A program made the translations under genes and the position numbers. A model generated the notes under the pieces. That model saw nothing but the letters and a program-made list of their open reading frames with translations. It did not search any database and was not told where the DNA came from. A stretch of 32,000 nt of DNA from an uncultured Chloroflexia bacterium (GTDB lineage Bacteria; Chloroflexota; Anaerolineae; Caldilineales; Caldilineaceae), in the NCBI GenBank assembly GCA_963765875.1, contig CAVXYK010000023.1, positions 8,802 to 40,801 on the forward strand. Direction: 5' to 3'. Below, piece by piece: positions 1 to 9,781 of this stretch. Within the stretch, counting starts at the first letter, position 1; each line of letters starts with the position of its first letter.

Positions 1-110
1 GCTTTGCCGGCAATAACTTGTTCGTTCTCCCGGGGACTGCGTCCTGGCATGTTGCAAGCATTCAGCAACAGCGCCAGGGCGATCATGCCAAGAAAATAGC
101 TGCGCTTCAT
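1..110 (-). CDS. Putative lipoprotein, N-terminal fragment (gene continues past the window start)
   Basis: Reverse-strand ATG at 108-110 opens MKRSYFLGMIALALLLNACNMPGRSPRENEQVIAGK. This is a signal peptide with lipobox LLNAC. Purine-rich AAGAAGGGG lies just upstream. Only 36 codons are visible. Confidence 0.4.
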   Translation of the reverse strand, partial: MKRSYFLGMIALALLLNACNMPGRSPRENEQVIAGK

Positions 111-483
111 TGCTTGGGCCCCTTCTTGCTCTCACCATCACCTAGGTTTCGCTCGTTTTTCACTGCAACAGAATAGCAGGGCAGGATCGAGCTTTCCACA
201 GATGAGGCAAAAACGTCGTTTTCTGCGCAGCTGGGTGCGTTGCATGGAGCATATGCTACATGTGTGGCGCATATCGGTGACCTTGCTTTCGTGCGGTGGC
301 CGTGCGGACATCCCAAGTTGATGTTGCCGCCTCGCGATTGTGCCGTCTTCGAGCTTTCGTCAGGAGGAGAACCACTGGCGGGCACCGCTCCCGTCATATC
401 TCGCCCGCATGCCCCAAACAGAGGGGGAGACATCAGCCGATGCCTCCCCTTCTCATTCAAGTCGTTTCAACACTCGTTCAGGG

Positions 484-924
484 TCAACGACCCATCATGC
501 CGTCGTTGCCAAAACCGCTCATCAGCCCATGCACGCCGCGCATCATGCGGCCGACCGTTCCCTCAAAGCCCTGGTCCATCATGCTGCCATGGCCGAAACT
601 GCCGCCCATCAACCCGTGGAAACCACTCATCATCCCGGCTCCCATCATGCCGTGGCCCATCATGTCTTCTCCGGCACCGTGGCAGTTGCCGCCTTCGTTC
701 ATGCGCTGCAACATCTCTGCGGTGAACTCGGCGCCGTGGACCTCAGTCATACGCTGGATCATCTGACCATATTGCTCGGGGTCCATCTGCTCGTGCATGT
801 TCCAGCCGCCGTTTTCGCTGCCGCCATCGCCGGGATCGGCCATCGCCGTTCCGAAGAGAAGCCCAAAAGCCAACACCGTCACACCCAGAGCCACAAGCCA
901 TTTCGAATTGCGAACCATTTTCAC
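484..924 (-). CDS. Secreted Met/His/Gly-rich protein, probable periplasmic Cu(I)-binding protein
   Basis: Intact 146-aa ORF with signal peptide MKMVRNSKWLVALGVTVLAFGLLFGTAMA. The mature part is dominated by MMGHGMMGAGMMSGFHGLMGG..GMMGR motifs, like Met-rich copper-binding proteins. It sits in copper gene context, with a direct-repeat box 85-123 nt upstream. Confidence 0.75.
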   Translation of the reverse strand: MKMVRNSKWLVALGVTVLAFGLLFGTAMADPGDGGSENGGWNMHEQMDPEQYGQMIQRMTEVHGAEFTAEMLQRMNEGGNCHGAGEDMMGHGMMGAGMMSGFHGLMGGSFGHGSMMDQGFEGTVGRMMRGVHGLMSGFGNDGMMGR

Positions 925-1005
925 ACTTCCTTTGCTTCGTCTATCGCAGCAGCCTCAGTGGCCGCTGCATGTTTGATTGACTTTCCTGATTTCAGGATAG
1001 CGGTC

Positions 1006-1047
1006 AGTTGTGAAGGAAATGTGAATCAGATCCGCTCCTTTTGTGAA
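1006..1047 (-). promoter_or_regulatory. Direct-repeat box: TTCACA-N5-TTCACA plus a third in-phase TTCACA (read on the minus strand). Candidate OmpR-family response-regulator site upstream of the Met-rich protein gene.
   Basis: Plus-strand TGTGAA hexamers lie at 1009-1014, 1020-1025 and 1042-1047, spaced 11 and 22 bp. The 23-mer at 1006-1028 is identical to 12712-12734, upstream of the multicopper oxidase. Confidence 0.5.
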
Positions 1048-1167
1048 CAGTCGGTCCCGAGGACGATTGCGCGTTAGGCTGTTCCAAGAAAATGAATCCC
1101 TATTTGACGGCCCTAAAGCCGCTGCGAAAGCGTATATTTGGGAAACCAATATTTTTTTGTAGCGGCC

Positions 1168-1714
1168 TTACTCGTTGTGGCTGGCAAAGACATCCATATT
1201 GCCGTCCACGTCAAACGAGATGACATCGAAAGGCTGGCCCGGGTTGCCAGCGATCTCCATGCCCGGCGAACCCACCGGCATGCCCGGCACGGCAAGCCCG
1301 GCCACATCAGGGCGTTCGGCCAGCAATTGGCTGATATCCTCAGCCGGCACATGACCTTCGATCACATAGCCATCCACGATAGCCGTGTGGCAGGACTGGA
1401 GCCCGCCCGGCACATGGTTCTCCTGCTTCACAGTCGCCACGTCGCTGACATCATGGGCCTCGACCACAAAACCGGCCTCCTCCATGTGCTCGACCCACCC
1501 ATTGCAGCAACCACAGGTCGGCGATTTGTAGACGGAGACCACGGGCTGGGTTGTGGTCTCAGCCGTCTGCGGCATCGACCTCCTGGGCTGCCTCAGGCGC
1601 ATCTACCTCTTGGGTCGATTGTTGGTCTTCCGCCGGTGAAGTCGATGCTGAGGCTCGAACAAGCGGCAAATACAAAGAGGAAGAAGAGCAGAAGAGGTAA
1701 AACATTCCATTTCA
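1168..1714 (-). pseudogene. DUF411 (CopG-like) metal-binding lipoprotein; frame broken twice in the 5' linker region
   Basis: The 144-aa ORF carries ..VVSVYKSPTCGCCNGWVEHMEEAGF..CHTAIVDGYVIEGHVPAEDI, matching the DUF411 pattern. A lipoprotein signal MKWNVLPLLLFFLFVFAACSS starts at 1714 behind a GGAGAA RBS but lies in another frame. A linker (..STSPAEDQQSTQEVDAPEAAQEVDAADG) lies in the third frame. This implies breaks near 1650 and 1600. Confidence 0.7.
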
Positions 1715-1787
1715 TGGTCGGTTTCTCCAAATGATAGTAACTGAAATTGAATAGTGCTCGCATCAAGTTGCGGTAATAAGAGAGTGA

Positions 1788-3990
1788 TCAGCCTGGCGTT
1801 ACCTCCAGATTTGTTCGTCTCAAAGTTTGGGCATTGATAGCCACAATGATCGTGCTGATCGACATGAGGATCGCGCCCAGCGCAGGCGGCATGATGATCC
1901 CAAACGGGGCAAGAATCCCGGCCGCCAACGGAATCATGATGATGTTGTAGCCGGCGCCCCACCAGATATTCTGCTTCTGCTTACGGTAGCTGGCCCGGCT
2001 GAGTTTGACGATCTTCACCACGTCCAGCGGGTTGCTCTTCACCAAAATGAGCCCTGCGGATTCGACAGCGACATCTGTGCCGCTGCCAATGGCGATGCCG
2101 ATATCGGCACGCGGTAAGCGCCGGGGCGTCATTGACACCATCGCCCACCATGGCCACCAGCTTCCCCTGTCCCTGTAGCTCCATAACCTTCTGATCCTTG
2201 TCGGACGGCAGCACCTCGGCAAAGGTCTGATCGATATTCAACTCGCTGGCCACGGCGTTGGCGACATCCTTGCTGTCGCCCGTGAGCATGGCGACCTCGA
2301 TGCCCATGGCATGCAGCGCTGAAACGGCTGCGCCGCTCTCCTCACGCACCACATCCGCCAGCGCAAATGCGGCCACCACCGCTTGCTCCCGCACCAGATA
2401 GACGACAGACTGTCCCTTTGCACCGGATTCTTGGGCAAACTGGACCAGCATTGGCGACCGCTCTGCTTCCAAGTATTCCAGCAGCCGCGGACCACCGACA
2501 TAGATCGTCTGTCCGTCGTAAGCGGCCTTCACGCCACGACCTTTGAGCGTTTCGAACTCGGTGATCGCAGGTAGATCGAGCTGTTGTTCATCTGCAGAAT
2601 GCCGGATGGCACGGGCGATGGGATGCTCGGAATCCCCCTCCACGGAAGCAGTGATGGCCAAAGCCTCATCAGGCTAATATCTCTGCTTCTGTTGTTACTA
2701 TCGACGACGCCGATCTCGCCCTTGGTCAGGGTGCCGGTCTTGTCAAAGGTGATGATATTCAGATCCTTTGCCAGTTCCATCGCCTGCCGGTCCCGAATGA
2801 GAATCCCGTTCTTGGCCCCCAGCGCGGTCGTGTTGGCCACCACCAGAGGGACGGCCAGGCCCAACGCATGCGGACAGGCGATGATCAACACTGTTACGAC
2901 CACGGCAACGACCTGCGTGTTGACACCGCCAAAGTAGACCGTCCAAACCGCACCGGCAATCAGAGCGGCGGCAACGGCCACGTAGAAGAGCATGGACGCA
3001 GCCCGGTCCGCCAGCAATTGCGTCTTCTGACTTGCTGCGTTGCGCTTCATCTACAAGGCGCATGATGCCGGAAAGTGCAGTGCTCATCACCAACAGCAGT
3101 GACTCGCACTCGCAGGCTGCCGTTGCCGGTATTGACCGTTCCTGCTATCACAGAGGCGTCGATACCCTTGTTCACCGGTCTTGATTCGCCAGTCACCATG
3201 GCTTCGTTGATCTCTGACTCACCGTCGACAATCATGCCGTCGGCCGGCACACTGGCCCCGGGGCGTACGAGCACGATATCGTCCGTCTTCAGATGGCTTA
3301 CCGGATGCTCCTCCGTGCGCCGTCCGGCATCACCACATCGGCCGTGTCCGGCAACAACTGTGCCAGCGCATCCAACGCGCCCGACGCCTGGCGGACGCTG
3401 CGCATTTCCAACCAATGACCCAGAAGCATGATATCGATCAGCGTCACAAGTTCCCAGAAGAAGTCTTCGCCGATGTCCCAAACAAGGGTCGCCATGCTGT
3501 AGAAATAGGCCACGCTGATCGCCAGCGAGATGAGCGTCATCATGGCCGGTTTTCGTGTCCGCAGCTCCCAGGTCGCCATGCGCAAGAAAGGCAGCCCGCC
3601 ATAGAAGTAGATGACCGTGGAAAGCACCGGCACGATCAGCAGACTGCCGGGAAATGCCGGCGCTGTATAGTTAAACCAGCCCTGAATGGACGGGCTGTAG
3701 ATGATGACCGGAATGCTGAGGACCAAGTTGACCCAGAAACGATTGCGGAACATGATTTCATGTCCCATGTGGTCGTGGTCACTGTGGCCTTCATGCGCGT
3801 CATGGCCTTGTTCTTCCGCATGTTCGCTGTGGGCATCGTGGGCTTGATGGCCCTCATGGCCGGCGTGTGTTTCGTGCTCCAGATTGCATATTCGGCAGCA
3901 GGCGCAATCGTGGTCCTGGCTATCCGTGTATAGTCTACCTGCCTCAAAATTATCTGCGTCGTGATGATGCTGACTCGATATCTGCCTCAA
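1788..3990 (-). pseudogene. copB: P1B-type heavy-metal ATPase, CopB-like; five frame breaks as assembled
   Basis: Fragments 3298-3990, 3047-3481, 2743-3093, 2529-3050, 1981-2661 and 1788-2222 join colinearly. Motifs in order: His-rich N-terminus ([36 protein letters not shown]), TGES, CPH (2868-2876), [17 protein letters not shown]. Breaks lie near 3320, 3085, 3030, 2670 and 2113. The start (TTG at 3990) is uncertain and has no good RBS. Confidence 0.85.
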
Positions 3991-4014
3991 GAAAAATGGA
4001 GCTTGATTGGCTCC
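3991..4014 (-). terminator. Small hairpin plus U-tract on the minus strand, abutting the copB ORF
   Basis: On the minus strand GGAGC-CAATCAA-GCTCC (3998-4014) is followed by ATTTTTC (3991-3997). It could terminate the DUF1624 gene or act as an attenuator in front of copB. Confidence 0.45.
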
Positions 4015-4020
4015 GCTCTC

Positions 4021-4130
4021 GCCTCACCCTGCCATGGCGCTAAGGGCGCCACGGCGGTCCCTCTCCACCCGGTGGAGAGGGAAGCGTAGCCACTCGATCT
4101 ATAGTCCAGGAGGCGAAGCAGGGTGAGGCA
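4021..4130. repeat. Nested inverted-repeat element: a 12-bp outer stem enclosing two 10-bp hairpins
   Basis: The outer stem pairs GCCTCACCCTGC (4021-4032) perfectly with GCAGGGTGAGGC (4118-4129). One inner hairpin is GCCATGGCGC/GCGCCACGGC (4031-4055, one mismatch). The other is CCCTCTCCAC-ccg-GTGGAGAGGG (4059-4081, perfect). Confidence 0.5.
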
Positions 4131-4152
4131 ACTGTGAACACAATGCACCTTT

Positions 4153-4968
4153 CTACGATACCGTCAGCCCGATCCTGGATAACCCCAACGTCACAATCAA
4201 TAGCACGAATAGCAACGGCTGATGAATCAAATAGATCGTCAGCGAATGGCGACCCATCCATCCCAGCGGGACAGTCAATGCCGGTATCTGCCAGTCCGGC
4301 AATCGAAAACAGCGAGTGGCGTTCTGGTAGGCAGAATTGCCAAGCCAGATGCCGATCAGGACGACGCCGAACCAGGGCAACAGCGGGAAATAATCGACAT
4401 AGAGATGATCAACCGGTTCCAAACCCAGCCAGATCAGCCATGGCCCTGACACCGTGAACTGCTGTGCGATCTTGCCGGCAACGAAGAGCACCAAACCCAG
4501 GCCCAAGTTGAACCAACGTCGGCGCAGGAATGGATAGGCCAGGATCACAGAGACGCCGATGAAGTGCAGGATGCCGAATCGAATCGCCATCTCTGCGCCA
4601 AGCGCAACGCCTGTTACCAATGTAATCACAAGACCCCAGCCCAGGATGATAAGCCCCCGTCGCAGAAAGGGTCTGAAAGTCACTGGCTCACCTTTGGCTT
4701 CTATTTGCTGAGCACGCAGCGCCAGAGAGACGCCGGCCAATACCATAAACGTCGATGCCGTGACCCGTTGAAAATAAAGCCAGAACGGATCTGTGAAGAT
4801 GACGTCGGTTACGCCGAAATAGTACAGGTCGTACATCAAGTGGTATATGACCATCATGACGATGGCAACGCCACGAGCCGCATCGATTTCCCAGAGACGC
4901 CGTGTTGATGCGGGACGAGCGACAGGTTCAGTTACTGGAACTGCGATTGCACCTGTATTCAATGTCAT
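4153..4968 (-). CDS. DUF1624 / heparan-alpha-glucosaminide N-acetyltransferase-like integral membrane acyltransferase
   Basis: Polytopic membrane ORF with the family-typical opening RLWEIDAARGVAIVMMVIYH. The likely start is the ATG at 4968 (MTLNTG..), which overlaps the upstream stop as ATGA (4965-4968). The 5067 start in the track would overlap the upstream gene. Confidence 0.7.
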   Translation of the reverse strand: MTLNTGAIAVPVTEPVARPASTRRLWEIDAARGVAIVMMVIYHLMYDLYYFGVTDVIFTDPFWLYFQRVTASTFMVLAGVSLALRAQQIEAKGEPVTFRPFLRRGLIILGWGLVITLVTGVALGAEMAIRFGILHFIGVSVILAYPFLRRRWFNLGLGLVLFVAGKIAQQFTVSGPWLIWLGLEPVDHLYVDYFPLLPWFGVVLIGIWLGNSAYQNATRCFRLPDWQIPALTVPLGWMGRHSLTIYLIHQPLLFVLLIVTLGLSRIGLTVS

Positions 4969-5601
4969 TCGTGCACGACCACGAGCGTTCCTACGTTGGA
5001 ATCCGACGGAGATTGCCAGGCCGGTCCCTTGAGGTCGTAGTAGGGTCCGGCCCACTCGAATAGCCACTGCGCGTCTGCGTTGGTCATGTTGACACAGCCT
5101 CGGCTCATTGGCTGACCGAAGTTATCATGCCAGTAGGTTCCGTGAAAGCCGATCTCACCATCAAAATACTGGACCCACTCCACATCCGGCAGATAGTAGT
5201 AGTTGCCGGCCTCCTTGGTACCTCCGTCCATGTCTTGGACGCGTGTCTTGACCCACATGCGAAACTCGCCCACTCGCGTCGGCGTATTGGGTAACCCAGT
5301 GGATACGGTGAAGGCACGCAGCGCTTTGCTTCCTTCATAGGCGACCACGCTCTGCTCGCTCAAGTCGACATCGATCCACTTTTCAGTGGTGGTCGGCGTC
5401 GTCGCATGACGATGGCTGCCAACCGTCGGGTCCGGGGCAACACGTGGGGATTTCACCGGCAAAGGCGGCAGCCCGGCCACGGATCCATAGGCAAGCCCGC
5501 GATGGCTCATGCGCAGCTTTGGCCGGTACGACGCCTACGAATAGGGCCAGCGCAAGTCCAACGAGGACCGCTGCAATTTGTCCAATCTTCTTTCCTGTCA
5601 T
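4965..5601 (-). CDS. L,D-transpeptidase (YkuD domain) with N-terminal membrane anchor; one frame break near 5495-5515
   Basis: Catalytic signature FHGTYWHDNFGQPMSRGCVNM. The anchor MTGKKIGQIAAVLVGLALALFVGVVPAKA (start 5601) is in a different frame from the body (4965-5510). Confidence 0.8.
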
Positions 5602-5884
5602 TCGGGTTTGCCTCTACAAATCCATGTGCCATTTTGTCTGTTGTCACTTCAAGCGTGAGATGAACGATTGTCTTGTTCACGCGTCTGCGCCGTCGGTATG
5701 GAACCCGAATCAGCCCCTGTTGAGTATATGCACCGGCCTTCGGTAATTCAAGACCAGCCAATATTCCTTATCGAATCGGCCATTCGAGCCATCAAATTGC
5801 CCGATATCAGACATCTGTGCAGGATATGAGACGCAGCAGCAATGTCAGATAGCACCCGATACCTGGCTCAGGCGCATTTTACGA

Positions 5885-6118
5885 CTATGGGTAACTGAGG
5901 AGCCGCGCGGTGTAACCAGAAGGACTTTCTTTACCCAGATTATCGACAGTTGTCGCCAGCTGCTGCGGCCCAACAATGGTTGGATCATATAGAACGCGCA
6001 CTAGACCGGATTTCAATACAACGAGCCCATCCAGAACCCCTCCCACTGCCATTAGGCCATCGCGAATCAGAACAGTACATCGTGGAGATCTCATACCATG
6101 CACAAGGAGCAAGACCAT
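5885..6118 (-). CDS. HMA-fold small protein with a degenerate SxxC metal site
   Basis: MVLLLVHGMRSPRCTVLIRDGLMAVGGVLDGLVVLKSGLVRVLYDP..LATTVDNLG follows the HMA pattern, but GMTCxxC is replaced by GMRSPRC. The ATG at 6118 has GGTGGA 8 nt upstream. The track ORF extends to 6214. Confidence 0.45.
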   Translation of the reverse strand: MVLLLVHGMRSPRCTVLIRDGLMAVGGVLDGLVVLKSGLVRVLYDPTIVGPQQLATTVDNLGKESPSGYTARLLSYP

Positions 6119-6472
6119 TGCGGTTTCCACCTGGACCGGGGAATCGGCGGCAATCTCAACCGGCTCTACGACGCCTTCGCCTGGATCAGGATGGCCGGAC
6201 CTCGATAGGTACACTGCTCACTACTCCTTTCGCATTCACTGCACCGCCCGCAAAGCCGGCGAGGCGTTTCTCACCAATGCATCGATTTGGTGAATGATTG
6301 GCGCCTAGTCAAATTGTAGCGGCGGACGTTACGTGCTTGCAGGGCGACGTCGCGTGATGCAACCGGGCCGAATTGCTTAGTTCGGTTCTCCGAGCGTGCA
6401 GGATCGCCGCGTACCGCATTCTCGTTTGTAACCTTAACTACTTGCGGCGCCGGGAACGCATGTTGGCCTCAA

Positions 6473-6495
6473 TATACCCCCCCATGGGGGATGGG
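6473..6495 (+). promoter_or_regulatory. Candidate CsoR operator (C-tract/G-tract palindrome) 45 nt upstream of csoR
   Basis: TATACCCCCCCATGGGGGATGGG has a perfect 12-bp core CCCCCATGGGGG at 6479-6490. It resembles the C/G-tract pseudo-palindromes bound by CsoR proteins. Confidence 0.5.
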
Positions 6496-6534
6496 AGAAG
6501 ATCGAAACGATGTAGTAGGAGGGGGCACAAAATC

Positions 6535-6813
6535 ATGAATGATGAGACGACGAAAGCCGTGGCGCAGCGCCTGGCCAGCACGTCAGGTCACGTCAAAGGT
6601 ATCGCACGCATGGTGGACGAAGACGCCTACTGCATCGATGTCATCAAACAGATCCAGGCGGTGCAGGCTGCTCTCAGCAAAGTCAGCACCATGATCCTCG
6701 ACGATCACCTTCGCACATGTGTCACTGCTGCCATCCAAGGTGACGATCTTGATGAGCGGGAATCCGTGCTCAACGAAATCACCGGTGTCTTCGAAATCTC
6801 TGGAAAGCTGTAA
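6535..6813 (+). CDS. csoR: CsoR/RcnR-family copper-sensing transcriptional repressor
   Basis: 92 aa from the ATG at 6535, preceded by AGGAGG. Family pattern ..GHVKGIARMVDEDAYCIDVIKQIQAVQAAL..HLRTC.. carries the Cys/His/Cys Cu(I) ligands. It lies directly upstream of copZ-copA. Confidence 0.9.
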   Translation: MNDETTKAVAQRLASTSGHVKGIARMVDEDAYCIDVIKQIQAVQAALSKVSTMILDDHLRTCVTAAIQGDDLDERESVLNEITGVFEISGKL

Positions 6814-6853
6814 CCACCTATCGACCATTGTCATCAAGTGAAAGGATGAGACC

Positions 6854-7060
6854 ATGACCACTCGAACCGTAACCGTATCCAATATTAGCTGTGGCCATTG
6901 CACCCACACCATCGAAACAGAGCTGGCCGACTTGAGCGGTGTTGAGACAGTGCAGGCAAGTGAAAGCGACAAATTGGTCAGCGTCACCTGGGATGAGAAT
7001 ACTACGTCTTGGGAGTCGATCCAGGGATTGCTTGAGGAGATCAATTACGCACCGTCCTAA
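6854..7060 (+). CDS. copZ: CopZ-like HMA copper chaperone
   Basis: 68 aa; TVTVSNISCGHCTHTIETEL has the CxxC motif in an HMA fold. It lies between csoR and copA. Confidence 0.85.
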   Translation: MTTRTVTVSNISCGHCTHTIETELADLSGVETVQASESDKLVSVTWDENTTSWESIQGLLEEINYAPS

Positions 7061-7172
7061 TGCAACTCGGCATAGATCCATCCGGTCATTCTGTTTTTCA
7101 GAACTGCGCGAGGATCTCTGCCCTGTCAATCACGCCCGGCCAAACCGAGCCTGCGAAACGTTGGAGTAGACA

Positions 7173-9762
7173 ATGTCAGAAACCAAACAACTCACCGTTC
7201 CCGTCATCGGCATGACGTGCGCCAACTGTGTAGCCGCGGTGGAACGGAATAGCATGAAAGCCGAAGGCGTTGATGCCTCTTCGGTCAACTTCGCCAGTGA
7301 AAAGCTGACGATTGAATATGATCCCGAGATCGGCACGTCGCAGGAAGTGCTCGAAGATGTCATACATCGTGTGCAACGGGCCGGCTACCAGATTCCGACT
7401 GCTACATTGGAGCTGCCCATCATCGGCATGACCTGTGCCAATTGCGCCAATACGATTGAGCGCCGCCTGAAAAAGGTGGAGGGTGTGATAGCGGTCAACG
7501 TCAATTTTGCCAATGAAAAGGCGACTATCGACTACGTGGCGGGATTGGCTACCCGCGCCGATCTGGTAGCCGCCGTGCGTCAGGCCGGCTACGACGTGGT
7601 CGAAGTGAGCGGCGATGAAGAGACAATGGAAGATGCCGAAGCTGCCGCCCGCGCCGCCGAAGTACACCATCAGACGAAGCGCTTTGTCGTTGGCGTCATC
7701 TTTACGCTGCCTCTACTCGTGCTCAGCATGGGACGAGATCTGGGCCTTCTCGGGGCCTGGTCCCATGAGAACTGGGTGAACTGGCTCTTCCTAGCCCTGG
7801 CCACACCGGTCCAATTCTACGTCGGCCGCGACTACTATGTGGGCGCCTACAAGTCGCTGCGCAATGGCGCTGCCAACATGGATGTTCTCGTTGCCCTGGG
7901 CACGTCGGTTGCCTATTTTTACAGTGTGGCCGTGCTCATCGCCCTGACCATGGGCTCGACTGTACTGGGCACACACGTCTACTTTGAGACGTCCGCCGCG
8001 ATCATCACATTGATCGTGTTGGGCAAGCTTCTGGAAGCGCGTGCAAAGGGGCAGACCAGCGAGGCCATCAAGAAATTGATGGGCCTGCGTGCCAAGACGG
8101 CGCGCATCGTACGCGATGGCCAAGAGATCGACATGCCCATCGAAGAAGTTGCGGTCGGTGACGTTGTGCTGGTACGTCCCGGCGAAAAGGTTCCTGTGGA
8201 TGGTTTGGTGCTCGAAGGCCGATCCGCAGTGGATGAGAGCATGATCACCGGTGAAAGCCTTCCGGTGGACAAAACACCCGGTGACGAGGTCATTGGCGCC
8301 ACTCTCAACAAGCAGGGACTGCTCAAGTTTGAGGCCACCAAGGTCGGGCGTGAGACGGCCTTGGCCCAGATCATCAAGCTGGTGGAACAGGCGCAGGGGA
8401 GCAAAGCCCCAATCCAACGCCTGGTCGATCAAGTCTCAGCCTACTTCGTACCCGCCGTGATCGTGATCGCTCTGCCTAACCTTCGTTTTCTGGCTGGCCA
8501 TGGGCGCCGGTTTGGTACCTGCGCTGCTGCGTCTGGTCGCGGTGCTGGTCATCGCCTGCCCCTGCGCCATGGGCTTGGCCACGCCTACGTCGATTATGGT
8601 CGGCATGGGCAAGGGAGCGGAGAACGGCATCCTCTTCCGCAGCAGCACGGCGCTGGAGCAGGCCCACCAGCTCACCGCAATCGTGCTCGACAAGACCGGC
8701 ACCATCACCCGCGGTGAGCCGTCTGTCACCGATGTGGTGGTTAGCGATCTGTTCAGGCTGCCGACGCCGCAGTTGGCTGTAGCAGGTGCCGCAGTTGTTG
8801 CCGACGGTACGATGTCGCCCGCAACCAACGGAGCAAGCAACGGCTTCACCAACGGTACCGGTTCTGACCTGGACCGCGAAGAGTATTTGCTGCGCCTGGC
8901 TGCCAGCGCCGAGCGTGGCTCCGAGCATCCTTTGGGAGAGTCCATCGTGCTGGCCGCACAGGAGCGTGGACTATCGTTGAGCGAGCCGGACCGCTTTGAG
9001 GGGGTTGCCGGCCGCGGCATTGAAGCCCACATCGATGGGCGCGACGTGCTCGTGGGCAACCTGAGACTGATGCGCGAGCGGGATGTTGCGCTTAATGAGC
9101 TTGAGCCCAAGGCTCAGCAACTTCAGGACCAGGCCAAGACGGCCATGTGGCTGGCTGTAGATGGACAGGCAAGCGCCCTGATCGCGGTTGCCGATACCAT
9201 CAAGGATAGTTCCAAAGAGGCCGTGGCGGCCATGCACGACATGGGACTGACTGTGGTCATGATGACAGGAGACAACCAGGCTACAGCCGAGGCCATCGCG
9301 TCCGAGGTTGGCATCGGCCGTGTCTTCGCCGAGGTGATGCCTGGTGACAAGGCCGACTATGTTACGCAATTACAGGAAGAAGGCTTCAGCGTTGCCATGG
9401 TAGGCGATGGAATCAACGACGCGCCGGCCCTGGCTCAGGCCGATGTAGGAATGGCCATCGGAACGGGCACGGATGTGGCCATGGAGGCTGCCGATGTCAC
9501 GTTGATGCGTGGTGATCTGCGCAGCGTCTCTCAGGCGATTCACCTCTCCAAAGCGACCATGCGCAACATCAAGCAGAATCTGGGATGGGCCTTTGCCTAC
9601 AACGTGGCGTTGATCCCGATTGCAGCAGGCGTTTTGGCTTTTGCGCCCTGGGCGCCCAGTTGGCTGCGTCAACTGAATCCCATCTTGGCGGCTGGGGCTA
9701 TGGCCTTCAGCAGTATCAGCGTAGTGGCCAACTCCCTGCGCCTCCGTCGGCTCAAGCTGTGA
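7173..9762 (+). CDS. copA: Cu(I)-exporting P1B-1 ATPase CopA with two N-terminal HMA domains; one frame break near 8473-8476
   Basis: Two GMTCANC motifs, TGES, CPC (8557-8565), [17 protein letters not shown]. ORFs 7173-8717 and 8500-9762 join as ..AVIVIAL|[16 protein letters not shown].. if one C is removed from ctgcct. RBS GGAG precedes the ATG. Confidence 0.9.
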
Positions 9763-9781
9763 CGCACCATACATGACACGG

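Noticed and set aside
107-1077. Overlapping ORFs 107-460(-), 240-725(+), 296-766(+) and 340-1077(+)
   Set aside because: They are shadow frames of the Met-rich gene or intergenic DNA in GC-rich sequence. Their translations are Arg/Pro/Ser/His-rich with no motifs, RBS or signal logic. The 484-924(-) frame explains the region.
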